From a virus: 52,559 nucleotides of DNA. The DNA lies in IMG/VR virus record IMGVR_UViG_3300023099_000002, positions 1 to 52,559 of that record; one strand, 5' to 3'. Positions within the stretch are counted from its first letter, which is position 1. Each line of letters opens with the position of its first letter. Below the pieces are notes generated by a model, which was given only the letters and a program-made list of their open reading frames with translations, had not been told where the DNA came from and did no database searches. Positions 27,195 to 36,120 of this stretch are shown here, piece after piece. The translations under genes were made by a program, and so were the position numbers.

Positions 27195-27226
27195 CACCAC
27201 CGCAGGTAGCGGGGGAAATATAGAAA

Positions 27227-27463
27227 ATGGATATCAGAATATACGAAAATCAAGGATTCCCTCACGAAGTAGCGCGTGCCAATTCATGGAGGCAATTTGC
27301 AGACCTATCAACTGATTCATGGGATGAGGTTTATATAATAGCCAACAATGTACACATCACCGAGGATATGTTAATCAAAGAGATATATAATCTGAGTATA
27401 CCCGAAAATGAAAAGTCTGATATTGTAAATTCTATCCGGCTTGATACCATATCAGTTATTTAA
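27227..27463 (+). CDS. hypothetical protein, first gene of the rightward operon
   Basis: 78-aa ORF downstream of TACTTTTACACC. Confidence 0.55.
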   Translation: MDIRIYENQGFPHEVARANSWRQFADLSTDSWDEVYIIANNVHITEDMLIKEIYNLSIPENEKSDIVNSIRLDTISVI

Positions 27464-27666
27464 CACGCACACTTCATTGCCCACAATCAAAATAAATAAT
27501 AAAACATGAGAAGCCAAAAAGAAATAGCAGCCAAAATGACCAAAGGCGCTCTATGGGCTTGCGGTAGCGGAAGAAGTTACAGGAGGCTCAAGATTAATGG
27601 TCGAAATGTACGAGAAAAGAGCAAAGTATATATCTGCATTACTCACAAAGGCTAAAATACAGTAAA

Positions 27667-27921
27667 ATGATCGAAGATATGAGGCAGGATTTCATTAACG
27701 GAGAAATAGAAATGTCAGTGGATTTCAAGCCTAAACACAAGTTAATAGGCCGTAAACTTGCACTATTAAGCGCTATGGCAATAATAGGCGGCCATAGTAG
27801 TACCTCGCAATCAATACCGTTTCTTGATGGTACTTACATAGATGCCGATCCACTACCTAAAATACATTCACCAAAACGATTCGCCACTAACAGCGGTGAG
27901 TATAAAAAACGAAAGAAATGA
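27667..27921 (+). CDS. hypothetical protein
   Basis: 84-aa ORF. Confidence 0.5.
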   Translation: MIEDMRQDFINGEIEMSVDFKPKHKLIGRKLALLSAMAIIGGHSSTSQSIPFLDGTYIDADPLPKIHSPKRFATNSGEYKKRKK

Positions 27922-28313
27922 CACCAGAACAACTAATGATGCCGAGGGTGATAGTAACAAATTACTATCCTAACAGTAAATTTGAAATTGGTGATATACT
28001 TCAAAAGTCACCATTGAATTACTACTTCAAAGTAGGTGTGCTGACCAGTAAACACACTGTAGAAATGGTAGAAGAAGTCGATAAATCTACATCCATCTTC
28101 CTGCCCCTTACGTGGTCCGCAGATCGCAAGATTGAGGAATTGCCAGAATATATATCAACACTATGGACACATGGAGTGATTGTATACCATATTGAGCCTG
28201 CAAATTACTTAGATAAAAAATTCATGGAGTGGAAATTCGGCGGTAAAAGAATAAACGATTTTCTACCTGCAACCAAACAAGATTACGAAGCATACTTAAA
28301 AACTAAACAATGA
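27918..28313 (+). CDS. hypothetical protein
   Basis: 131-aa ORF, ATGA-coupled. Confidence 0.6.
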   Translation: MTPEQLMMPRVIVTNYYPNSKFEIGDILQKSPLNYYFKVGVLTSKHTVEMVEEVDKSTSIFLPLTWSADRKIEELPEYISTLWTHGVIVYHIEPANYLDKKFMEWKFGGKRINDFLPATKQDYEAYLKTKQ

Positions 28314-28504
28314 GAACAATAAATATATCTTTAATGTGCTTACTGGTAATATACATTGCATTCTCATTTTGCCTATGGAATATTAATCCAAAAATGTGGG
28401 ACACAGAAGTAAGAGTGTTTGCTGTAGCCATATCGGTGATTATCATTTTAATATGCCTTGCAATATTTATTGAAAAAGAAAATACTAAAAATACTAAACA
28501 ATGA
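28310..28504 (+). CDS. small two-TM membrane protein
   Basis: 64 aa with two hydrophobic helices. ATGA overlaps on both sides. Confidence 0.55.
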   Translation: MRTINISLMCLLVIYIAFSFCLWNINPKMWDTEVRVFAVAISVIIILICLAIFIEKENTKNTKQ

Positions 28505-28929
28505 ACACACTAACAAACGAACAGGAAGCGAAAGTATTCGGGATGTATGCGCCGTGCGAGGTAGAGCATACAGATTCCATGGGCGCTAAAGAAACTGCAA
28601 GGTTAATAGCCGTTGATTTCAGCAGTGGTGATTTGGTATGTACCGAGCCATCAGGCGGAATGTATGATTACAACATACAGAACTGCAAGATTATCGCTAA
28701 ACCTCTTTCAGAAATCAGCGATGAAGATGCGGTGGAGATGGCTTACATACATTGGCCTGATATGCGTGGGAAAGATGTAAATGTCGAATGGCTTAAAATG
28801 ACTCTCGGAACTATATGCAGGATGTCAGATATTACCGACTTTCTCCGCTCCAAATCATACGCACTCCCATACATGGGTATAGACTTATACGAAGCAGGAA
28901 TAGCAATAAAACCAACTGATATATTATGA
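28501..28929 (+). CDS. hypothetical protein
   Basis: 142-aa ORF. Confidence 0.6.
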   Translation: MNTLTNEQEAKVFGMYAPCEVEHTDSMGAKETARLIAVDFSSGDLVCTEPSGGMYDYNIQNCKIIAKPLSEISDEDAVEMAYIHWPDMRGKDVNVEWLKMTLGTICRMSDITDFLRSKSYALPYMGIDLYEAGIAIKPTDIL

Positions 28930-29306
28930 CCCCACTAACACACCTGCTCACAGCAGCAGACGAACTCGACAAGATGGATACGGCCCTCAAATGCATGACG
29001 GACTGTCAAAAACAAATAGACCTCGCACCAATGCAGAAGGGGTACACGACCTACGAAATAGGCCAGGTACTGGCAGAATACAGAGATCTGTACGATAGCA
29101 GCATGGTTGACTACGAAGCGGCACGAAGAGCGCAGAATAAGGCTATGTTAGCCGCTGCAATGCTATCACGGCCTGACTATGTATACAATGAGCAAGACAC
29201 AGCCATAACGCCCCGTAACTATGCCGTAAGCATGGTTGCAAGCGCAGGTGATGGTGCGATAATAATAGAACATCCGATTGATCACAGCGGCGGGGCGACC
29301 TGCTGA
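28926..29306 (+). CDS. hypothetical protein
   Basis: 126-aa ORF. Confidence 0.6.
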   Translation: MTPLTHLLTAADELDKMDTALKCMTDCQKQIDLAPMQKGYTTYEIGQVLAEYRDLYDSSMVDYEAARRAQNKAMLAAAMLSRPDYVYNEQDTAITPRNYAVSMVASAGDGAIIIEHPIDHSGGATC

Positions 29307-29321
29307 TAAAAAGAAATCGAT

Positions 29322-29552
29322 ATGAGAACAAACGCAAGGATAATAGAAGATTTAGTAGAGAATAGACCAACACAAATTCATAAGTCGTCCACTACATTTA
29401 CGGAAGATGATATAAAGATGCTCATGGAGGCGGCACAAAAAGAGGTGCTACTATGGTGTAAAATTAGGCATCTATTGATACCTGATATTACGCCGGATGC
29501 TGATGAATGGCTTTATCGTATGATTAACTCTAATCCTGATTTTCTGCCATGA
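29322..29552 (+). CDS. hypothetical protein
   Basis: 76-aa ORF. Confidence 0.55.
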   Translation: MRTNARIIEDLVENRPTQIHKSSTTFTEDDIKMLMEAAQKEVLLWCKIRHLLIPDITPDADEWLYRMINSNPDFLP

Positions 29553-29665
29553 GCCGCCGACACGCACGCCGCACCTATATGCTCACGGTGACATTCCTGC
29601 ATAACCTACGGGATCGGAGAAACAGAGCAATATTTTTGAGCATTTTAAAAATAAAGAGATTATGA
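29549..29665 (+). CDS. 38-aa basic peptide (weak)
   Basis: Absent from the track. ATGA overlaps at both its start (29549) and its stop (29662-29665). Confidence 0.3.
   Translation: MSRRHARRTYMLTVTFLHNLRDRRNRAIFLSILKIKRL
29631..29638 (+). promoter_or_regulatory. -7 box TATTTTTG
   Basis: Upstream of ATG 29662. Confidence 0.3.
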
Positions 29666-29907
29666 AACAAATAGAAATAGATAGCGCAAAAACTCAGGCA
29701 ATAAATTTCAGATCCCAACAATGGGTGCAAAGTAAAGATATACCAGAGATAGTAATATTAACCACAGGTGGTGTGCATGGTGATAGTTTTTCTGGGATGG
29801 CGATGCCTTGCAAGATGTACCCAAAAGGCGTATTCTCTGAAAATTGGACTAAAGAAAAATACCGGCTCCTTACGGATGAAATACCATTTATAATATCAAA
29901 TTCATAA
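29662..29907 (+). CDS. hypothetical protein
   Basis: 81-aa ORF. Confidence 0.55.
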   Translation: MKQIEIDSAKTQAINFRSQQWVQSKDIPEIVILTTGGVHGDSFSGMAMPCKMYPKGVFSENWTKEKYRLLTDEIPFIISNS

Positions 29908-29911
29908 ACAA

Positions 29912-30463
29912 ATGAGCAACACAACTCGCATTATCAAATTCCGAGGCATCACGGCAAAAGCACCGCATAGGTGGGTGTATGGTAGTCTATTAGTAACATT
30001 TACGGGAAATCAATTCATACTCGAAGGATCAGACGAAGATATTTATGATAGCTGCTACTCTCTATATGGTACATTTATGCGTACTGAATACCACCAAAAA
30101 GTCATTCCCGAAACTGTCGGGCAGTATACGGGGCTGAATGATATGAATGGGAAGGAGATATTCCAGCATGATAACCTAGCATTATGGCTGATGTTCTATA
30201 ATACGAGAGATAAGTATTTTGGCAATGTGGTTTATGCGAAATCTGATTTTATTATAGAAAATATTATTGACGAAAAATATAAATCACCTAAAGGCGAATA
30301 TCTTGAACACAGCAACATGTTACTTTCTGACAGCGAGATATACGAGCAGTTAAGCAGGGAATATAAATCCAACTATGGCGAGGTATTCACTTACTCTGAT
30401 GATGCAAAGTATGCTGAAGTAATCGGCACCCAATTCGATCACCTCTTAACCCCAACAACATAA
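29912..30463 (+). CDS. YopX-family protein
   Basis: IKFRG...WVYG and VIPETVGQYTGLNDMNGKEIFQHD motifs. Confidence 0.7.
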   Translation: MSNTTRIIKFRGITAKAPHRWVYGSLLVTFTGNQFILEGSDEDIYDSCYSLYGTFMRTEYHQKVIPETVGQYTGLNDMNGKEIFQHDNLALWLMFYNTRDKYFGNVVYAKSDFIIENIIDEKYKSPKGEYLEHSNMLLSDSEIYEQLSREYKSNYGEVFTYSDDAKYAEVIGTQFDHLLTPTT

Positions 30464-30579
30464 TGGAGCCACAATCATTTCAATACATCGTAAGTCACAT
30501 GCCGGTTACTGCATGGGTAGCATTGGGGTTGTTCGCAACTATCGCATTGGTTGCGAGAAGAATTGCGAAGGTTAAATAA
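30463..30579 (+). CDS. 38-aa single-TM peptide (weak)
   Basis: Absent from the track. TAATG overlap with the yopX-like stop. TM segment VTAWVALGLFATIALVA. Confidence 0.35.
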   Translation: MEPQSFQYIVSHMPVTAWVALGLFATIALVARRIAKVK

Positions 30580-30595
30580 ATTGGCAAACATCAAC

Positions 30596-30603
30596 TATAT
30601 TTG
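30596..30603 (+). promoter_or_regulatory. -7 box TATATTTG, leaderless spacing
   Basis: ATG 30608 lies 5 nt after the G. Confidence 0.5.
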
Positions 30604-30607
30604 CAAA

Positions 30608-30790
30608 ATGGAGTACATAAGCGCAACAGAATATTCGAAATTGTCAGGATTTAGCAGGGCATACATACTTAAATGCCTGAAAGACAGAAAAAAAGAATCC
30701 CTTAGTGGTGTGAAACACGCTAAAAAAGTCGGTGCTACGTGGGTTATTTCATGCCATATAGGTGAAGTAATTCACAAGGATAGAAGATAA
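30608..30790 (+). CDS. small HTH DNA-binding protein (excisionase/MerR-like fold, tentative)
   Basis: ATG lies 5 nt after TATATTTG. Sequence MEYISATEYSKLSGFSRAYILKCLK. Confidence 0.5.
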   Translation: MEYISATEYSKLSGFSRAYILKCLKDRKKESLSGVKHAKKVGATWVISCHIGEVIHKDRR

Positions 30791-30868
30791 TAACCAATAT
30801 AGTAGCGGGTTTCAGGTGTTTATTAAAAAACAATCTGCTTTTTATTTGTTTGTTGACAAATATCAACT

Positions 30869-30876
30869 TAACTTTG
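30869..30876 (+). promoter_or_regulatory. -7 box TAACTTTG with upstream TTTG (-33-like) at 30845-30852
   Basis: Both Bacteroidota promoter elements are present at plausible spacing. ATG is at 30915. Confidence 0.5.
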
Positions 30877-30914
30877 ACAGACCGTAATGAAGCGGTGATA
30901 AAAAACATAGGATT

Positions 30915-31121
30915 ATGGGTAAAAATATTGAATTCTATAACGAGGAAGAAGCTAATAGCGCAATGCAGTTAGCGGTAGGCAGAATTTTAAAATTAGGTAG
31001 TAGGCCCACGCAAGATGGAGATATTTTAGACTACGAAAAAGCTAAAAATGTATTCATGACCGGAATTGAATTTTTAGGGTTATACATTAATCCTGCTGGC
31101 GAAATGAAAAAAAATGATTAA
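30915..31121 (+). CDS. hypothetical protein
   Basis: 68-aa ORF after a TTTG/TAACTTTG promoter. Confidence 0.55.
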   Translation: MGKNIEFYNEEEANSAMQLAVGRILKLGSRPTQDGDILDYEKAKNVFMTGIEFLGLYINPAGEMKKND

Positions 31122-31162
31122 CTCCCACCCGTGCGCCGTAACGCACATAAAAACTAAACATT

Positions 31163-31381
31163 ATGACGCACGAAGAACACATGGAGGAGCTATATAAAGA
31201 TAAAATAGCGATACTCGAACTGCTTGTTAAGTCACAAGACGCAGAAATCACCCGCCTCAAAGCACTGGCGATAAGTGAGCGAAGGAAATATTATTTCACG
31301 CCACAATCTGGATATCAGCCATCTACGGCAAAATGTAATCAACTACTCGCCGATTTCATCACCGAACACAAACTTTCTTAA
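31163..31381 (+). CDS. hypothetical protein
   Basis: 72-aa ORF. Confidence 0.5.
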   Translation: MTHEEHMEELYKDKIAILELLVKSQDAEITRLKALAISERRKYYFTPQSGYQPSTAKCNQLLADFITEHKLS

Positions 31382-31383
31382 CT

Positions 31384-31399
31384 GATAAACTTACGAAAA
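31384..31399 (+). repeat. GATAAACTTACGAAAA, copy 1 (upstream of ATG 31402)
   Basis: Exact 16-mer, repeated at 31909-31924. Confidence 0.8.
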
Positions 31400-31401
31400 A
31401 C

Positions 31402-31896
31402 ATGACCAGCGCAGAAGAAAAACAAATAACATACCTGAATCAGACGCTTAGCGCAATCAGGGAAGAAAACAAGGCATTTAAAGACACCGTAACAGCACTT
31501 GTTGCATCAATAAGCGAAAAAGTTGATGCAAAGCACCTGCCAATAACTATGGAGCAAAGTATTGTTTCAAAAGTTCAATCTGCTATAGATACGGCCATAA
31601 GCGAAACTTTAAAGGGGTACAACAGCCCGCTATTGCCGCTTATAAAATCTGTAGTGGAAAGCAGGAATTCGCAATTGCGTGAAATAATAACTTCAAGTTT
31701 TGACGAGGTTATAAATCTGCCTGACTTCAAAAAGTCTATTGTTTCAGCGTTTTCGCACAAGGTTGCAAAAACAATCATAAGTAACAATGACGGGTTATTC
31801 GACAAGGTTAGCAATGACCTAAAGCAAGATGCTATATTCAAGTCTAAGATGTCTATAGCAGTTGCAAATGTTGTAAACGAGTGCATTAATTCTTAA
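31402..31896 (+). CDS. hypothetical protein
   Basis: 164-aa helical-looking ORF, preceded by the GATAAACTTACGAAAA motif. Confidence 0.6.
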   Translation: MTSAEEKQITYLNQTLSAIREENKAFKDTVTALVASISEKVDAKHLPITMEQSIVSKVQSAIDTAISETLKGYNSPLLPLIKSVVESRNSQLREIITSSFDEVINLPDFKKSIVSAFSHKVAKTIISNNDGLFDKVSNDLKQDAIFKSKMSIAVANVVNECINS

Positions 31897-31908
31897 CCCC
31901 CACAATCG

Positions 31909-31924
31909 GATAAACTTACGAAAA
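31909..31924 (+). repeat. GATAAACTTACGAAAA, copy 2 (abuts ATG 31924)
   Basis: Exact 16-mer. Confidence 0.8.
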
Positions 31925-32283
31925 TGAAAGAGATAATAGAAAGCCGGATTGCGCAATTAAAGAACTACAAGTACGTAAATGAAGGGAACAAAGATTTTTT
32001 AGACGCCGCTATACAGGAGCTCGAAATGTTGCTACAGCAAATCCCACCCACCACCACCCTAACCCAACTACACGCAGATCTAAAAGAAATCATGATCAGC
32101 GCAGGCTGCAACGACAAACTAACAATAGAGGCGAAAGTAAGAGACAGCGGAGATATGGAGTATTGGGCATCAATCAGGAGTGAATCATCAGAATTTAACT
32201 GCATGTGCGCATTTAATGTTGAATCTCTTGTTGCAAAAGTAAGGGCGCATTTCATTACAGGTAATACAATTATAACAGTATAA
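31924..32283 (+). CDS. hypothetical protein
   Basis: 119-aa ORF, preceded by the same 16-nt motif. Confidence 0.6.
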   Translation: MKEIIESRIAQLKNYKYVNEGNKDFLDAAIQELEMLLQQIPPTTTLTQLHADLKEIMISAGCNDKLTIEAKVRDSGDMEYWASIRSESSEFNCMCAFNVESLVAKVRAHFITGNTIITV

Positions 32284-32304
32284 ATTAACAAAAAAACAAA
32301 CACA

Positions 32305-32808
32305 ATGGAGCAAAAAACTCATTGGAAAAAACTGCAGAATCCCGACTACATTGGAGCATACTCGCTCATGGAAACAGGTGCACCACTTGATCTTACCGTA
32401 CAAATCAAGTCGGTAAATGTAAGAGAAGTTAAGGGTGCAGACGGCAAAAAAGACATGTGTACAGTCGCTGATTTGGTAGGCCAAAAGCCTTTCATTATAA
32501 ATGCTACCAACGCAAAAACCATAACAAAAATGTATGAAAGCCCGTTCATTGAGGACTGGATCGGCAAGCGGATAACCTTATTCGTAGCAAAGGTAAAGAT
32601 AGCTGGGGAAACAGTAGACGCGCTTCGTGTACGTCCATCCAGACCGGCGTTGCCGGAGCTTACACCATCTCATGAAAAATGGGCCGGTGCGTTGGTTGCG
32701 GTTCAGGCAGGCAATACTACTGTAGAGGCTATACGCAAAAACTATACCATATCCGTTGACAATGAAAAATTACTAACCGCCAAACCCGACACTAATGCAA
32801 CTACCTAA
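32305..32808 (+). CDS. conserved phage protein, possible ssDNA-binding/annealing partner of the exonuclease (speculative)
   Basis: 167 aa, overlapping the exonuclease gene by 14 nt. Confidence 0.4.
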   Translation: MEQKTHWKKLQNPDYIGAYSLMETGAPLDLTVQIKSVNVREVKGADGKKDMCTVADLVGQKPFIINATNAKTITKMYESPFIEDWIGKRITLFVAKVKIAGETVDALRVRPSRPALPELTPSHEKWAGALVAVQAGNTTVEAIRKNYTISVDNEKLLTAKPDTNATT

Positions 32809-33637
32809 ATTCAAGATACACGCCTCACAGATAGGCAAGATAATGGGGGGTGCGCTGAATAGGCCTACTGATAAGCAAATGCAGGAACTTGGTAGTTTGG
32901 AAGCTCAGAAGCTCGTAAAAGGGATAACTGAAAAGCAACAGGATACACTAACCGAACTTATAGCAAAGCGTGATGCACCACCTGCTTTGCAGGACGGGGC
33001 AAAAACGTTCTGCCGTGAATGGATAAAAGAGCAGGCGGCACTGTACAACAGGCGCAAAGGATTCAGCAACAGGTACACTATTAAAGGCAATGAATGCGAG
33101 CAGGCCGCAATCGACCTATCAGCCCGTATAATGGGTTACGGTATGGTAATTAAGAACATAGCATACCATGAAAATGAATGGATAATTGGGCAGTGCGATA
33201 TGCTGCTCCCACACATAGTAGAAGATACTAAGTGCAGCTACGATCAAACGACATTCCCGCTGTTTGCTACAGAAATACCTGATAAGGATTATGTAATGCA
33301 GGTGAATGGATATGCCGATATGCTTGGGAAAGAATTAATGGCTGTTAATTACTGCCTGATGGATACGCCGGATATCATTGTCGATAAAACCGCTTATTAT
33401 AGGGCTAAAGATTTAGGTATGGACGAAGTGCCTGCTGATCTTTGGGATGAGGTTAAGGAAGAAATGACATTCAGCAACCTGCCGGACTGGCTACGATTCA
33501 AACGCTTTGAATTCAAGCGGGATGATGTGCTTATAAAAGCAGTACACAAGCAAGTGGAACTATGCAGGGAGTACATAGGAACTCAGTTAGAATATCTCCA
33601 ATCAATTCAGAAACTACCTTACTTCAACCGACCATGA
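32795..33637 (+). CDS. YqaJ-like PD-(D/E)XK recombination exonuclease
   Basis: N-terminal HASQIGKIMGG, then GNECEQAA and CDML....VEDTKC (D...E.K) motifs. Confidence 0.65.
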   Translation: MQLPKFKIHASQIGKIMGGALNRPTDKQMQELGSLEAQKLVKGITEKQQDTLTELIAKRDAPPALQDGAKTFCREWIKEQAALYNRRKGFSNRYTIKGNECEQAAIDLSARIMGYGMVIKNIAYHENEWIIGQCDMLLPHIVEDTKCSYDQTTFPLFATEIPDKDYVMQVNGYADMLGKELMAVNYCLMDTPDIIVDKTAYYRAKDLGMDEVPADLWDEVKEEMTFSNLPDWLRFKRFEFKRDDVLIKAVHKQVELCREYIGTQLEYLQSIQKLPYFNRP

Positions 33638-33822
33638 GCCCCGAAACAATAGCAGACGAAAGGAGGCCAACTAAGCCACCCGCACCAGTACCCGACAGCT
33701 TCACCGAAATATTCGCAGCACAAGAGATAGCCAACATAAAACATAGCATGACACTTTACGCCATTGATCTCCATTACCCACCTAACCACGAATTGCGGAT
33801 AACATGCCTAAGATCGAGATAA
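33634..33822 (+). CDS. hypothetical protein
   Basis: ATGA overlap (ATG 33634). The track start at 33562 is internal to the upstream gene. Confidence 0.45.
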   Translation: MSPETIADERRPTKPPAPVPDSFTEIFAAQEIANIKHSMTLYAIDLHYPPNHELRITCLRSR

Positions 33823-34274
33823 TATGCAATCAGTGCGACAATATTCATTACAGATGGAAGTGCCTGGCTTATCGTTATGTCAACCAGTTCTGCAGCCGTA
33901 AATGCAGTGGAGAGCATCGCAGAGATACTACCAGTTTCACGCCGGAAGATATTGAGTACGTTCGGCTGAATTTCCTGAGCAAACCACTTGCAGATATAGC
34001 AGCCCACATAGGTAGTACCGCTGTATCACTGGAGCGGTACATAAGCAAGTGGAGAAAAGAAGGATATGATATTCCGAAAAAGACCACGCGCACACCGGTG
34101 CCGGTTAAGCCACGCAAGCAGCGCGCAAAGGTTAAAGTGCTCCCCCGCGCTGAAAAGAAACAATCAGCACTGCCCGTACATAAGCCTGAACCAGTATTAA
34201 AGACACCTAAACCGCTTACTGGCGGCAGATACGTAAGAATAGATTCACGCACTTTAATTTATCGTTATGACTGA
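33804..34274 (+). CDS. zinc-finger protein with a basic C-terminus (DNA-binding, tentative)
   Basis: CNQC...C....C..KC motif, and a Lys/Arg/Pro-rich tail. Confidence 0.5.
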   Translation: MPKIEIICNQCDNIHYRWKCLAYRYVNQFCSRKCSGEHRRDTTSFTPEDIEYVRLNFLSKPLADIAAHIGSTAVSLERYISKWRKEGYDIPKKTTRTPVPVKPRKQRAKVKVLPRAEKKQSALPVHKPEPVLKTPKPLTGGRYVRIDSRTLIYRYD

Positions 34275-34617
34275 TCCAAAACTAATAGACTTTACCAAAG
34301 ACCTACGCCGCCGGTTGTACCTGATGGAGATACTCGGATTTACTGACGATAGCCTGTTATATAACCCGATTACACCTGAATTCATGAAGCAGGCTATCCG
34401 TAACACCAAGAACAACTTCAAGCATCTTAAAGGCGAGCTTATGACCCGTGGCAGGTCTGATGCATGGGATACTATAAAGAGTGACCTTAACAAAGACCTG
34501 ATGCATGATATAGCTGTACATATTGACACCATAGCTGATGTCAAAAACATTGCTGAGATAACCGATATTGTTGAAAGGTTGAAGGTTGAGTATAGGGAGA
34601 AACACGGCATCGCATGA
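34267..34617 (+). CDS. hypothetical protein
   Basis: 116-aa ORF. Confidence 0.6.
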   Translation: MTDPKLIDFTKDLRRRLYLMEILGFTDDSLLYNPITPEFMKQAIRNTKNNFKHLKGELMTRGRSDAWDTIKSDLNKDLMHDIAVHIDTIADVKNIAEITDIVERLKVEYREKHGIA

Positions 34618-34787
34618 TACAAATAGGACAAACATACACGCTCAGTACAGCCGCTATATCAGGCCGCCGTATACAATACGCACCAGCGGGCGTACAGGTA
34701 AGAGTAATCAGCATTAGTGCACCCGCAGTGGTGGTCGAATGGAAGGGGGAAAGATTTCCGGTATTAATAACAGATTTAAAGCAGTAA
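34614..34787 (+). CDS. 57-aa hypothetical protein
   Basis: Absent from the track. ATGA overlap at its start, and its stop lies 1 nt before the next ATG. Confidence 0.45.
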   Translation: MIQIGQTYTLSTAAISGRRIQYAPAGVQVRVISISAPAVVVEWKGERFPVLITDLKQ

Positions 34788-34788
34788 T

Positions 34789-35358
34789 ATGAATAAGAAA
34801 TATAACGTTATTTACGCAGACCCGCCTTGGACATACGATAATACATCCGTTAAGTCTGAAGAATCAGGTAAAGAGATATCAATTGATGGCAGGTATGACT
34901 TAATGACTATGCAAAAACTTTTTGAAATGCCTATTAAGGAAATTACAGAAAAGGACTGCGTGTTGTTTATGTGGGCAACTAATCCGTTATTGCCTGAAGC
35001 ATTAGAGCTAATGAAAAAATGGGGCTTTAAATATAAGACTATGCTCACATGGAAGAAAACAAGCTGTTCTGGTTACTGGTTTATGGGGATAACAGAGCAT
35101 ATACTTTTCGGAGTAAAAGGAAATGTAAAGGCTTTTAGGTCAGGATTATTGAATTACCACGAATGTAAAAGTGGGCAGCACTCACAAAAGCCTCATTACT
35201 TTAGGGAATTGATATCCAAGGCGGTTAAAGACAGCATACCAGAGGCTAAAAAACTGGAATTATTTGCACGTTCACGGGAAGGAATGTTCCCTGACTATGA
35301 GTACGAAGGCTGGGACGTATACGGTAATCAAGTCAACAACTCAATAGTACTACCATAA
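34789..35358 (+). CDS. MT-A70-family N6-adenine DNA methyltransferase
   Basis: IYADPPWTY (DPPW), LFMWATN, WKK, HSQKP and ELFAR...GW..YGNQ motifs. Confidence 0.9.
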   Translation: MNKKYNVIYADPPWTYDNTSVKSEESGKEISIDGRYDLMTMQKLFEMPIKEITEKDCVLFMWATNPLLPEALELMKKWGFKYKTMLTWKKTSCSGYWFMGITEHILFGVKGNVKAFRSGLLNYHECKSGQHSQKPHYFRELISKAVKDSIPEAKKLELFARSREGMFPDYEYEGWDVYGNQVNNSIVLP

Positions 35359-35402
35359 CCACACACCCTTTTCTAATTCACAGCAACACAACAGTTAAAA
35401 GT

Positions 35403-35933
35403 ATGAATCAAAGCTACACAGGAAAACTTGAATGGCAGAGGCGTTACGCCGAAGCGCACTATAAGCACTACCAAGACACATTACCTGGCATTATCGCCGA
35501 TGGTCATTACTGCCTTCCGAAATACCCTGATATTAAGACCACCAACGGGATCACTAAGTTTATTATCGACTATACCGCATGGCATGGGGCATTATCAGAG
35601 CGGATCGGCGTAGAGGGTAGAACTATTAAGCAAAAGGATATAAAGACTGCGAATGGTGGTGTAATAGTGGGTAAGTCGGTGCGGATCAAGAGCAGTGGTA
35701 AGAAAGGTAGTGCCGACACGAGCGTCACCTTCAGGGGCTACAGTATAAAGATAGAAATAAAAAATATGTTAACTAAAGACCGTATGCGCCAGCCACAAGA
35801 GGAGTACAAACAAAAGGCACAGCAGGCAGGAGCATTACACTTTATCGCCCATGATGTTGAATCCTTTATAGCATGGTGGGATAAGGTACTTACTTTGCCG
35901 GCAGTAGGCATACCGCAAGGACTGTTTTATTAA
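35403..35933 (+). CDS. VRR-NUC domain nuclease
   Basis: GSADTSV...YSIKIEIKN....R..Q..Y......AG motif (D..E.K core). Confidence 0.55.
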   Translation: MNQSYTGKLEWQRRYAEAHYKHYQDTLPGIIADGHYCLPKYPDIKTTNGITKFIIDYTAWHGALSERIGVEGRTIKQKDIKTANGGVIVGKSVRIKSSGKKGSADTSVTFRGYSIKIEIKNMLTKDRMRQPQEEYKQKAQQAGALHFIAHDVESFIAWWDKVLTLPAVGIPQGLFY

Positions 35934-36040
35934 CGGTTAAATAACTATATTTAGTTGTAAATCACATAATTAAGTTGTAATTTAGCAGTGCTTATGATGA
36001 ATACAAAATTAACTGCATTTTACACCTCATTTAATTATAC

Positions 36041-36120
36041 GTCTTTTATCGTAGTGGGATATTCACACCTTAGAGTGTATTTATCATAAGCACCACTACG
36101 ATAAAAGACTATTTTTATTT
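36041..36120 (+). terminator. long hairpin (17-bp perfect stem, 35-nt loop) plus a T-rich tract
   Basis: GTCTTTTATCGTAGTGG (36041-36057) pairs with CCACTACGATAAAAGAC (36093-36109), followed by TATTTTTATTTTG. Confidence 0.5.
36110..36117 (+). promoter_or_regulatory. -7-like box TATTTTTA ahead of the HNH gene
   Basis: ATG 36124 lies 7 nt after the box. Overlaps the terminator T-tract. Confidence 0.3.
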
